In this document: piece after piece, positions 29,053 to 38,345 of the stretch
Layout of the letters: every line of letters begins with the position of its first letter
Position numbering within the stretch: position 1 is the stretch's first letter
Assembly: GCA_038523235.1 (NCBI GenBank)
Contig: JBCBJQ010000053.1
Coordinates: 1 to 39,242, forward strand
Reading direction: 5' to 3'
Length of the DNA: 39,242 nt
Origin: Cyanobacteria bacterium J06626_4
GTDB lineage: Bacteria > Cyanobacteriota > Cyanobacteriia > Phormidesmidales > Phormidesmidaceae
Program-made: the position numbers and the translations under genes
Notes under the pieces: model-generated
The model's database searches: none
What the model saw: only the letters and a program-made list of their open reading frames with translations
Told to the model about the DNA's origin: nothing

Positions 29053-29156
29053 ACGCTCAAGTTAGAGAGCTCAATATCGTTGGACTTCGTTGACAGGCTC
29101 CGTCGCCTCATCGGCTGCGAGTCTTGATTGAGCTATGTAACTAAGAGGACATCACA

Positions 29157-30119
29157 ATGCCATTTACTGTCGAGTCAGCGCGCAACATCTTTCCCAGCAC
29201 CCTAACAGCCGACGCCGTACCCGCCACAACTGCCAGATTTAACCAGCTGAGCGCCGAAGATCAGCTCGCGCTAATTTGGTTTGCCTATTTAGAGATGGGG
29301 CGATCGATCACCGGGGCTGCCCTTGGCTCTGCAAACATGCAGTTTGCTGAAGGGACACTCAAAGAGATTCGAGGCATGTCATTTCAAGCCCAGTCCCAAG
29401 CCATGTGTGATTTGGCCAACCGCACCGACACCCCCATTTGCCGCACCTATGCTTCGTGGTCGCCCAACATCAAGCTCGGCTTCTGGTATCAGCTCGGAGA
29501 ATGGATGGCAGACGGCTCCGTTGCCCCCATTCCAGAAGGCTACAAGCTTTCTGCCAATGCCTCAGCCGTTCTACAGGACATCAGAAACCTGGAGTCGGGT
29601 CAACAAATTACCGTGCTGCGCAATGCGGTCGTCGATATGGGCTTTGACAGCGGCAACCTCGCTGGTGGCACCAAGCGCGTATCAGCCCCGGTTGTGCCCC
29701 CCCAAAACATTGCCGATCGCACCCAAGTTGCGATTGAAGGCATCACCACTCCAACCATCTTGGAGTACATGAACAACCTAAACGCCAACGACTTTGATGC
29801 CCTCATTCAACTTTTCACCCCCGATGGGGCGCTGCAGCCACCGTTTCGCAAGCCGATTGTCGGCACCGACAACATCCTGCGCTTCTTTAGAGAAGAGTGC
29901 CAAAACCTGAAGCTCATCCCTGAGCGGGGAGCCACGGAACCGACGGACGATGGGTTCACCCAAATCAAAGTGACCGGCAAGTGCCAAACGCCTTGGTTCG
30001 GCGCTAACGTCGGCATGAATATTGCCTGGCGTTTTTTGCTAAATCCAGACGGCAAAATTTTCTTTGTGGCCATTGACCTGTTGGCATCGCCTAAAGAATT
30101 GCTGAACCTAATGAAGTAG
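29157..30119 (+). CDS. ocp: Orange carotenoid protein (full-length, OCP1-like)
   Basis: MPFTVESARNIF, DQLALIWFAY.EMG, KLGFWY, QQITVLRN, GALQPPF.KPIVG, KVTGK.QTPWFG..VGMNIAWRFLLN, DLLASPKELL. Confidence 0.98.
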   Translation: MPFTVESARNIFPSTLTADAVPATTARFNQLSAEDQLALIWFAYLEMGRSITGAALGSANMQFAEGTLKEIRGMSFQAQSQAMCDLANRTDTPICRTYASWSPNIKLGFWYQLGEWMADGSVAPIPEGYKLSANASAVLQDIRNLESGQQITVLRNAVVDMGFDSGNLAGGTKRVSAPVVPPQNIADRTQVAIEGITTPTILEYMNNLNANDFDALIQLFTPDGALQPPFRKPIVGTDNILRFFREECQNLKLIPERGATEPTDDGFTQIKVTGKCQTPWFGANVGMNIAWRFLLNPDGKIFFVAIDLLASPKELLNLMK

Positions 30120-30285
30120 CCTCAGCCGCGATGGCGTGACTGAGCAACTATAAGGATCTGTGCTGAGAGAATAGCCTCAGGATTGCCCATTTTTCTGAGG
30201 GTTTAGCCATGCCACAGGCGGGCGATCGAGGGATGCTATTCGTGAGCAAATCCCTCACTACTGAGGAGCTTAACTGAGCGTTTTC

Positions 30286-30325
30286 AAAGGGGCTGGAGTC
30301 AATTAGCTGGACTTCAGTCCCTTTT
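30286..30325 (+). terminator. Rho-independent terminator between ocp and frp
   Basis: AAAGGGGCTGGAGTC pairs with GACTTCAGTCCCTTT (two G-U pairs), ending in TTTT. Confidence 0.65.
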
Positions 30326-30400
30326 ACGTCGGTATATTTTTTGCAAAAAAATTAGTATTAAGGGATATTAAAGGTATAGATAAGCTATTCCAATATTTTC

Positions 30401-30733
30401 ATGATGCAGGTAAGCGAGGCCGAATGGTCGGCTCAAGAGAAACAGATTGCTCAGACAGCATTAATAGAAGCGCAGAGCCGAGAAATTGATGGCCTAGTGC
30501 AGTTAATTCGTGAAAAAGCCAGCAAAGTCGATGACATTAGCGATGTTTGGCGTCTGAATGATTTTTTGAGTGCTCGCCGGTTTGATATTGACGGCAAGTA
30601 CGATGACAGTGAGGGCGAGACGCTCTTTGTGCTGGCTCGTCTAGCGAAGGAAGGCTGGGTTAAAACCGCAGATCTGCAGGGACTTGACGCCGCTAAGTTA
30701 GCGAAGATTGCCGCCCTAACTCGCATTCTGTAG
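30401..30733 (+). CDS. frp: Fluorescence recovery protein
   Basis: WS..E...A, W.L.DFLSARR.DIDGKYD, F..A.L.KEG, K.AKI.AL; directly downstream of ocp. Confidence 0.95.
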   Translation: MMQVSEAEWSAQEKQIAQTALIEAQSREIDGLVQLIREKASKVDDISDVWRLNDFLSARRFDIDGKYDDSEGETLFVLARLAKEGWVKTADLQGLDAAKLAKIAALTRIL

Positions 30734-31045
30734 TGAACATATAGCCGCAGTGCCCTGTCTGAACTGGGGATTGACTCGTTCTCCCTAGCAGCAGTAATGC
30801 CGCTGCTCTAAAACCAGATTATAAATCTGGCCTCCTCGCCCTCGGCTCCCCCGCATTTCCTGTATCTCAGGCTGAGATACTAATCCAGGGCGCTGAGCCG
30901 AGGTATTTTGAGTTTGAGCGGTCTGTCGTATTTAGTTGCCGCCAGTCGTCCCTCAAGGCGGGGTAACTTTCGCCTACCGAAATGACCCACAATTTCAGTT
31001 CCGTGGCAGAATTCACGGGCAATCTTTCGTTTCGGAGCCATTATC

Positions 31046-31828
31046 GTGAAACTTGCAACTCAGCTCGTGGGCAGCACTTGTGGGTTGGTGGTGCTCATGG
31101 GAACGGTGGGCTGCCGCAGTAATCAGTCTGCCGTGCCGCCAACATCGGAAACAGTGACCGCCCCAGGGAGTGATGCTGCGGACGTTGCCCTCACGCCTGC
31201 CGTGGACTCATCGTCTCCTCGCGATCGCTCAACCCTGTTTGTCGATACCCCCTCAACCGCGTTGCCGTCATCCGGCACCTTAACCGCGAGTGATCCCGAC
31301 GCTCAAATTAACGTCCGGTCGCAGCCCACCATCGACTCCGATAGCCCTGGTCAAGGGGGCACCGGCGACCTTGTCAGCTTGCAAAACAGGGCTGAAGGCG
31401 ACGACGGCGACACCTGGTATTACGTCACCTTTGAGCATCGCGAGCTCGAAGGATGGGTGCGAGGCGATTTCATTGTAATCGCTGAGCCGGCCACGTCGGC
31501 GTCTATTGCGACGCCTGCTGGCGATCGCAGCCCTAGTGCGGTGTTGGATGAAACCTGTGGCAGCCCCGACCATCTGAATGCCTACTACAGCACCCTTAAC
31601 TTCAATATCTACATCTGCAACTCGCCTGCGGGCTATGTCTATGTCGGCCATGAGAAGGGCACCGCCAACACCTTGGTAGCTCGTAGCGTCATGGCCTCGC
31701 AAACTGGATTTGTCGCCAGCAACGGCGGCTATGACTATGTGATTGACGCCGAAACCTTGCAGATTTATGAGGGTAAGGCACCGGAGCCGATTTTGAGCGA
31801 GCTGGTTGAGCGAGCCGAGCGCTATTGA
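31046..31828 (+). CDS. Lipoprotein with bacterial SH3 domain
   Basis: Lipobox TVGC, Ser/Thr/Pro linker, INVRSQP...S...G.G..GD.V......G..WYYV.F....EGWVRGDFI, and a C-terminal beta domain. Confidence 0.85.
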   Translation: MKLATQLVGSTCGLVVLMGTVGCRSNQSAVPPTSETVTAPGSDAADVALTPAVDSSSPRDRSTLFVDTPSTALPSSGTLTASDPDAQINVRSQPTIDSDSPGQGGTGDLVSLQNRAEGDDGDTWYYVTFEHRELEGWVRGDFIVIAEPATSASIATPAGDRSPSAVLDETCGSPDHLNAYYSTLNFNIYICNSPAGYVYVGHEKGTANTLVARSVMASQTGFVASNGGYDYVIDAETLQIYEGKAPEPILSELVERAERY

Positions 31829-32024
31829 GCTACCCGCCGCTGATTCTCCCGCCATCCCTCAAATCTTTTCTTCACCCTGGGAACAGCTGGGCCAGCCCCT
31901 CGCCCCCCCTGGAAAGCACGGTATTTAAGCATACCGAGATTGGGGGGGGGGTAGCGGGCCGGTGCGGTCAGGCCTCACTTTACTGCTTTTGATCGGTCAG
32001 GGATTTCTGGCCAAGACGAGACCC

Positions 32025-32090
32025 GTAGGGGCAGGTTACATAGATGCCGATAGTCATAAACTGAAGCCTGCTGGCTAAACCTGCCCTTAC
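32025..32090. repeat. GTAG-type REP doublet / miniature inverted-repeat element
   Basis: GTAGGGGCAGGTT (32025-32037) and AACCTGCCCTTAC (32078-32090), 12/13 complementary, with a 40-nt spacer. Confidence 0.65.
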
Positions 32091-32372
32091 AGTACCGGTA
32101 TGTTTTTTTTCAGACGTTGTCTTGCGTGATGACGCGCCTGCATCGAACTGACAGAATAGAGGCAGTTCAATTCAGGTGCGTTGGCCATTTCAACTAAGAC
32201 TATGCCGGTGAGGGCTAGCGTCTGGCTGAAACTTCGATAGAGTATTAGCAACTTACGAATCTTTGAGTGTCGGCGGCATTCTGCCAAGAATCGGGAACCT
32301 TGAACAGAGCACATCCGCTGATGGCTGTTTTCTTCAACTTGGGGTCTCGGCCAACTTAACTAGCTGTTTAGA

Positions 32373-33890
32373 ATGTTTCATCGCCTTTTGCTGATTGCGC
32401 TTACTTCAATTGCTGCCGGGGGTCTGGGTGTACCCGCAAGCGCTCGGCCTGCAGCGCGATCGCGCGCCGTATTGCCCCCAGCCCAAGGCGATCTCGTGGC
32501 TCAGCTCGACAACTCTGACGCCGACTCCCCAACCCCAGCCGCCTCACCAGCTGTGCAGTCGCTACAAAATCGGTTAGGTCAGCTGGGCTACTACGAGGGG
32601 GCGGCTGACGGCGTGTTTAATCCCGCGACGAGTGCGGCGTTAAAAGCCTTTCAGCAAAACAATGGTTTGGTTGGCACGGGCATTTTAGACCCCTTGACGG
32701 AAGAGCGCCTGCTGGATCGCGATGCCGTACCCGCCAATATTGACGGGGCCGCCGCTGACGCCGCTGAGCCGGCGTTGGAATTGCCGGAGCCAACAGACGA
32801 ATCCACAGACGAACCCACGGATGAATTGACATCGCCAGCGGCAGAGTCAGACGAGCGATCTACACCGCCCGCCGACACTGACCCCGAATCGATTATTGAA
32901 TCGGCTGGAGCCGAGGGCACAGAGGCTCCGTCAGAAGAGGTACCGGCCAGCGATGAGGGTGAGACTTTTTCCCTCGAAGGGGCCCCGACTGAGGGGGCCG
33001 ATGGTGACCCAGACGTGGCTGCCCCCGCTGAGACAGCTGCCCCGCCCGAATCTGAAGGGGGGCTGTTTCGCCTGGCCTTGCTCGGCACCATCATCATGGC
33101 AGTGGGGGCCTTGGGCACTGGGTTAGTGCTCTGGTTGGCCCGCCAGAAAGCCCAAAAGGCCGCTGCACTAGAGGAGCCAGCGCCGGGCAGTCAAGCGTCG
33201 GACGATCAAGCGCTAAACGATCAGACGATCGCCTCGTCAAAGCTATCCCCAGTACCGGTCGTTAAGCCGCCAGCACCTGCGCCTGCGCCTCAGTATGGTC
33301 AAAATGGTCAGCCCCCTGCCGTTTCTGAAACAGCGCAGCTATCCGTCAATCCCCCCCCGCCGCCGCTGTCGTTGAGTGCCATGCCCGAGTCCCGGGTGAC
33401 CAAAGTCAACATCGTCGATGAACTGATTCAAGATTTGCAAGAGTCTGATCCGGTGCGACGGCGTAAGTCTATTTGGGAGCTGGGGCAACGGGGCAATTCA
33501 GCCGCTGTGCAGCCGCTGGCCAATCTGTTAACCGACGCTGACTCTGCCGAGCAGGGGCTGATCTTGGCAGCACTGGCAGAAATCAGCACCAAAACCCTCA
33601 AACCGATGAATCGGGCAATGGCAATGGCGCTACAGGATGACAATCCAGAAGTGCGAAAAAATGCCATTCGCGACCTGACTCGCATTTACGATTCGCTAGG
33701 GCAGGTGGGGCGCATGTTAGGGCAGGCTTCTGCGGATGATGATCCTGAGGTGCGCCAGACAGCCAACTGGGCCCTTGACCAGCTCAACAAGATGCGGTTG
33801 ACGGCAACCGACACCGCCAGATCACTGCAAGATAGTCGCCCGCCTCTAGAGCAACGAGCTGACGATGGGTCGTCTTCTCATCGGGCTTAG
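32373..33890 (+). CDS. Peptidoglycan-binding-domain / TM / HEAT-repeat protein
   Basis: Signal peptide, PG_binding_1 (VQSLQ.RL.QLGYY.G..DGVF...T.AALKAFQ..NGL..TGI.D..T), acidic linker, TM helix, Pro-rich linker and HEAT repeats. Confidence 0.88.
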   Translation: MFHRLLLIALTSIAAGGLGVPASARPAARSRAVLPPAQGDLVAQLDNSDADSPTPAASPAVQSLQNRLGQLGYYEGAADGVFNPATSAALKAFQQNNGLVGTGILDPLTEERLLDRDAVPANIDGAAADAAEPALELPEPTDESTDEPTDELTSPAAESDERSTPPADTDPESIIESAGAEGTEAPSEEVPASDEGETFSLEGAPTEGADGDPDVAAPAETAAPPESEGGLFRLALLGTIIMAVGALGTGLVLWLARQKAQKAAALEEPAPGSQASDDQALNDQTIASSKLSPVPVVKPPAPAPAPQYGQNGQPPAVSETAQLSVNPPPPPLSLSAMPESRVTKVNIVDELIQDLQESDPVRRRKSIWELGQRGNSAAVQPLANLLTDADSAEQGLILAALAEISTKTLKPMNRAMAMALQDDNPEVRKNAIRDLTRIYDSLGQVGRMLGQASADDDPEVRQTANWALDQLNKMRLTATDTARSLQDSRPPLEQRADDGSSSHRA

Positions 33891-33942
33891 TCACACCTTT
33901 CCCGACTCCCTGATCCCCCCCTTCACGGCAGTTATCTCGGCT

Positions 33943-35025
33943 ATGTCATCTTCGTCTTCGTATCGTCTGTTGGTGATCTCAACAGCGGTGGCACCGTTAG
34001 GCTCAGGGCTCGGAGGCGGGGTTGAGCTGTTTGTCAAAAATGCCGTGCAGGGCTTGCAGCAGCGCGGTCATCAGGTCACTGTGCTGGCACCTGCCGGTTC
34101 GGTGCTGGCGGTGGGCGACCTGATTCAGCTACCGGGGCAGTGGCAACCGACCGCCCACACCAGTGAGCGCAGCAGTCCGATTGTGATGCCTGAATCATCG
34201 GTGTTGGCCGCTATGATGGCGTATGCCCGTAAGGTGCAGCAGGAGTTTGATATCATTCTGCACTTCTGTTATGACTGGCTGCCTTTTTATCTCACATCGT
34301 TCTTTCAAACGCCGATCGCGCACTATGTATCGATGGGGTCGCTGACGGATGCGATGGATACCGTGATTAGCCAGGTCGCGCAGACTTATCCGGGGACGGT
34401 GGGAGTCTGTACGCAGGTGCAGGCGGAGACACTGCCCGCCGCCGATTGCTATCGCCCTATTGGCAGCGCTGTTGACCTCAGGTTGTATGACTACTGCGAT
34501 CGCCCTAACCATAGTCTGGCGTGGATGGGTCGCATTTCTCCCGAAAAAGGGTTGGAAGATGCGATCGCCGCGGCAGCGATCGCCCAAGTTCCGCTCAAAA
34601 TTCTTGGCAAACTCGAAAACCCAGACTATTGGCAACACCTGCAAGCGAACTATCCCAATGCTCCCATTGAATATCTGGGGTTTCTCGATACGGTCGGACT
34701 GCAGGCGGCCATTCGCACCTGCCGGGCACTGTTGATGACGCCTAAATGGGTAGAGGCCTTTGGCAACGTGGCGATTGAAGCGCTCGCCTGTGGCGTGCCG
34801 GTGATTGCCTATCGGCGGGGCGGCCCGATTGAAATTGTGCGCCAGGGCCAGACGGGCTGGCTGGTGGAACCAGACAGCGTGGAAGGCTTAGTGGACGCAA
34901 TTGGCCGCATCGATCAGCTAGATCGCCAAGCTTGCCGCCAACAAGCCGTAGCGGAATATTCGCTAGAGGCCATGGCCCGGCGCTATGAGCAATGGTTCCA
35001 CGATATCTTGAGTCAGCAGCGTTAG
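33943..35025 (+). CDS. Glycosyltransferase family 4
   Basis: GGGVE, RGHQVTV.A, GRISPEKG, EAFGNVAIEALACGVPVI...GGP.EIV..G.TG.LV. Probable ATG at 33943. Confidence 0.93.
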   Translation: MSSSSSYRLLVISTAVAPLGSGLGGGVELFVKNAVQGLQQRGHQVTVLAPAGSVLAVGDLIQLPGQWQPTAHTSERSSPIVMPESSVLAAMMAYARKVQQEFDIILHFCYDWLPFYLTSFFQTPIAHYVSMGSLTDAMDTVISQVAQTYPGTVGVCTQVQAETLPAADCYRPIGSAVDLRLYDYCDRPNHSLAWMGRISPEKGLEDAIAAAAIAQVPLKILGKLENPDYWQHLQANYPNAPIEYLGFLDTVGLQAAIRTCRALLMTPKWVEAFGNVAIEALACGVPVIAYRRGGPIEIVRQGQTGWLVEPDSVEGLVDAIGRIDQLDRQACRQQAVAEYSLEAMARRYEQWFHDILSQQR

Positions 35026-35147
35026 ACCGCAGACCCCTTTTTGGCATTGAGGTGAAATTCTTCAAGCCGCTTCAGGCAAAGAATTTGAGGGGATTTTGCG
35101 GCATTCAGAACTGGGTTTTAAAGTGCATTGGGGCAGGAATAGCTAAT

Positions 35148-35165
35148 AATGTGAAAGGTTGTAAA
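35148..35165 (-). promoter_or_regulatory. HLR1 (RpaB-binding) motif upstream of gpx
   Basis: The minus strand reads TTTACAAC-ct-TTCACATT; each half matches (G/T)TTACA(T/A)(T/A) at 7/8 with a 2-nt spacer. Confidence 0.6.
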
Positions 35166-35179
35166 GTTTTGGAATTTCC

Positions 35180-35638
35180 ATGTCATTACCCACAAATCTG
35201 ACGACTCTCGACGGGGCCGCTTTGCCCGCTGATGCGCTGAGCAACAAGGTCGTGCTGTTTGTTAACGTGGCGAGCCAATGTGGCTTGACGCCGCAGTACG
35301 ACGGCCTAGTCTCGCTGGATAAGCAATACGACGATTTCATGGTGGTCGGTGTGCCTTGTAATCAGTTTGGCAAGCAGGAACCCGGCAGTCCTGAAGAGAT
35401 CAAGGAATTCGCCGCCTCGAAATACAATGTCGAGTTCACCTTGCTAGAGAAGCAAGATGTCAACGGTGACACCCGCAGCCCGCTATACCAGTTTTTGGTG
35501 GGCGACGGTGAAGACATTGAGTGGAACTTTGGCAAATTTGTCGTTGATCGCACCGGGGCCGTGGTGGCGCGGTTTGACCCGCAAACGCCGCCCGACTCGC
35601 CTGATCTCAAAGCCGCCATCGAAAAGGCGTTGGGCTAA
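35180..35638 (+). CDS. gpx: Glutathione peroxidase family (Cys-type)
   Basis: VNVASQCGLTPQY, PCNQFG.QEPG, K.DVNG, WNFGKF.VD..G. Confidence 0.95.
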   Translation: MSLPTNLTTLDGAALPADALSNKVVLFVNVASQCGLTPQYDGLVSLDKQYDDFMVVGVPCNQFGKQEPGSPEEIKEFAASKYNVEFTLLEKQDVNGDTRSPLYQFLVGDGEDIEWNFGKFVVDRTGAVVARFDPQTPPDSPDLKAAIEKALG

Positions 35639-35692
35639 TCGTTGAGTCTGATCGCAGGCTTGACTCGGTTTGAGCGTATTCGTTGAACGTTA

Positions 35693-35739
35693 GCGATCGC
35701 ACCTGGCATCTGATTGCTGGGGCGATCGCGACTTTTTTT
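35693..35739 (+). terminator. Terminator hairpin between convergent gpx and ftsY
   Basis: GCGATCGC-A-CCTGGCA / TGCTGGG-GCGATCGC stem followed by a T7 tract. Confidence 0.55.
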
Positions 35740-37405
35740 AACCGCTCAGCAGTGCTTCGACAAACTCATGACTAGAGAAGGGGCGCAAATCTTCGATGCC
35801 CTCACCCGCGCCGATAAACCGGATGGGCAGCCCTAATTGTTGAACGACGGCCAACGCTACGCCACCCCGCGCCGTCCCGTCTAGTTTGGTTAAAACGACG
35901 CCGCTCAGGTTGGCGGCTTCCGCAAATACTTCGGCCTGCCGCAGGCCGTTCTGACCCAGTGTGGCATCCAAAACGAGCAGCGATTCCACCTGAGCATCCG
36001 GCGCTTTTTTGTCAATAATGCGGCGGATTTTAGAGAGCTCTTCCATCAAATTCTTCTTGTTCTGCAAGCGACCTGCGGTGTCCACCAGCAGCAATTCACA
36101 GTCCCGTGATTGAGCGGCGGTAATGGCGTCAAACACCACGGCTGCGGGGTCAGTGTTTTTGCCCGGATTGGCAATCACCTCAACGTCACTGCGGGCCCCC
36201 CAAGCCTTAACCTGCTCGACCGCTGCGGCTCTAAAGGTATCCGCCGCCCCAATCAGACAGGTGTAGCCAGACTTTTTAGCAATGTGGGCCAGCTTGCCAA
36301 TGGTGGTCGTTTTGCCTGCACCGTTGACCCCCGTCATCAGCCAAATGTTGAAGGTGCCTTTGTCGGGCACAAACTCCAGATTGTGGGAGTCGCCCAGAGG
36401 CTTGTCCAACATATCTTTGAGGATTTTTTTGAGATAGGCGATCGCCTGATCTGGGGGCAAGATCTCTTCGCGCAGCCGCGCTTGTAAGGACTCAATAATG
36501 GCGTCCGTTGCGGCCACGCCCACATCAGCCTGCAGCAGTAGCGCCTCAACTTCAAAGACCGCTTCTTCATTTAGCGGCCCCTGCCCGACAATCGCTTTTA
36601 GCTGGTTGACCAACCCGCGCCGGGTTTTATCGAGCCCTTGGCGCAGGCGATTAAGCCAGGTAATCTCCTCTAGAGAAATATCGACCGCCTGCCGTCCCTG
36701 ACTGGCGAGCACCTCCGCTGACCACAAGAAGGCTTCGTCAAAATTGATATCCAACAGAGGCGCTTCAGCGGCAGCTGATTGCTGAGACTCGGGTTCGGGT
36801 TCCGGCTCGGGCTCCGCGATCGCGGTTTCCTGCAGGCGCTCTAACCGGGCCTGTCGCTCTGCTGTTGATTGCATCCAAGCGGGGCCTGCAGCTGTTGCCG
36901 GGGTATCGTCAGTCTCGGTCTCAATCGCAGGGGAGGGCTCGGCGACAGCGGTGGTATCGTCGGTAATGTCAGAGGATGCCTCGGCGAGACTCTCAGCTGG
37001 CGCGGTTGTCGGGGCAACCTCAGCAGCGATCTCGGGCGGTTCGTTCTGAGATGCCGCCGCCGGTGCTGAAGCTGCGGCGACTGCCTCCCTAACGCCCTCT
37101 GACTCGGCTGCCTGAGGCGATTCAGAGGGAGCTGGTTCTGCCTGAATGGATTCTGCCTCCGTGCCTTCCTCCTCAACCGGGGGAGTCTCTGGCTCGGGGG
37201 GGGTAGACTCAGCTGTTTGCTGCTTTTGAATATTTTGGTAGGCAGTTTTAGCCCACGCCAGATATTCTTCCGGGCTCATCGTCTGCGAGCTGCTCTCAGA
37301 CGGTGCAGCTTCCTCCGTTGGAGCCGCATCGGCTTTTTGCGAATCGGGCAGCTCGGCCTCAGAAGCTTGATCAAAACTACGGCTAAACCAGTTGAAGTTG
37401 GCCAT
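35738..37405 (-). CDS. ftsY: Signal recognition particle receptor FtsY
   Basis: Acidic N-terminal region, GVNGAGKTTT, DTFRAAA, DTAGR, GQNG, TKLDGTARGG. ATG at 37405. Confidence 0.97.
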   Translation of the reverse strand: MANFNWFSRSFDQASEAELPDSQKADAAPTEEAAPSESSSQTMSPEEYLAWAKTAYQNIQKQQTAESTPPEPETPPVEEEGTEAESIQAEPAPSESPQAAESEGVREAVAAASAPAAASQNEPPEIAAEVAPTTAPAESLAEASSDITDDTTAVAEPSPAIETETDDTPATAAGPAWMQSTAERQARLERLQETAIAEPEPEPEPESQQSAAAEAPLLDINFDEAFLWSAEVLASQGRQAVDISLEEITWLNRLRQGLDKTRRGLVNQLKAIVGQGPLNEEAVFEVEALLLQADVGVAATDAIIESLQARLREEILPPDQAIAYLKKILKDMLDKPLGDSHNLEFVPDKGTFNIWLMTGVNGAGKTTTIGKLAHIAKKSGYTCLIGAADTFRAAAVEQVKAWGARSDVEVIANPGKNTDPAAVVFDAITAAQSRDCELLLVDTAGRLQNKKNLMEELSKIRRIIDKKAPDAQVESLLVLDATLGQNGLRQAEVFAEAANLSGVVLTKLDGTARGGVALAVVQQLGLPIRFIGAGEGIEDLRPFSSHEFVEALLSG

Positions 37406-37452
37406 GGGCAACGATAGGCGGCAAGGGATACAGGGTGGACTCGACTTTAAAT

Positions 37453-38151
37453 TTACAACAGTGGGGAGTCAGCGTCGGGGGGAGTTGTGGCACTAATCGG
37501 GGGGCTCTCGACCGTTTTCGCCGCTGCCGCCATAGGATTGAGAAAGCGATTGATCCAGCGCCGCAGCACGCCATTGATAAAGCGAAAACCGTCTTCGTCG
37601 CTATAGCGCTTGGCAATTTCGATCGCCTCGTTGATCACGATGCGATCGGGCACGCCAAGATATTTCATCTCGACCACGGCCATGCGCAGAATATCGAGAT
37701 CGATCTGCGGTAACCGTTTCACTTGCCAAGACACCATCGCCTCATTGAGTTCAGCATCGATGTCAGTGCGATGCTTTGCCGTCATGGAGATCAGCTCAAT
37801 AGCGTAACTCCGCACTTCTTTGCGGTTGGACAACTGCACCATCTCAGGAATCTGTAGCGCATTCCCCAACAAATTGATGGCCGTTTGGGTTTTCTCCAGA
37901 GCGGTTTGCACCATAGCGCGGGCTTCTTCGACGTTGCTGGTGCGGGTCTCACTTTCTAATAGGTGATCTTGACTGCGCTGCACTTCACTCGAGGCGACTT
38001 CTAGGGCGTCTTGCACTTCCCCCGCCAGCGATCGCACTGCTGCCGTCACTAAGGCTTCGAGATCTTGCGCGGCGACGGCACTGGGTTTTTGATTGGCTAG
38101 CTGGCTCATTCCCAGTAGGGCAAGCTCACGAGCAAAGCGACGGGGCTGCAT
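37453..38151 (-). CDS. nusB: Transcription antitermination factor NusB
   Basis: RRFARELAL, W...RL..ID..ILR.A..E, INEAIEIAKRYS.....FINGVL. Confidence 0.95.
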   Translation of the reverse strand: MQPRRFARELALLGMSQLANQKPSAVAAQDLEALVTAAVRSLAGEVQDALEVASSEVQRSQDHLLESETRTSNVEEARAMVQTALEKTQTAINLLGNALQIPEMVQLSNRKEVRSYAIELISMTAKHRTDIDAELNEAMVSWQVKRLPQIDLDILRMAVVEMKYLGVPDRIVINEAIEIAKRYSDEDGFRFINGVLRRWINRFLNPMAAAAKTVESPPISATTPPDADSPLL

Positions 38152-38345
38152 ACAGATACCGCAATTGATAGCCTTGTGATCTTAGCAGGCTTCTCTCCCT
38201 TGCTTGATCTCCGCACCCGGGCCAGAACGCCACCAATAGCGCTGATTCTCAGAGGCTTTCAGCCGGTTCTCAGGGGGAATTCAGGTTTACCGTTTAAGGT
38301 CAGCGTCAGATAGTTAAGTCCACCAATTAATTAAGGAGAATAATC

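Noticed and set aside
28356..29156. 800-bp spacer as a hidden gene or ncRNA
   Set aside because: It has only short motif-less ORFs and one small palindrome, so nothing is supportable.
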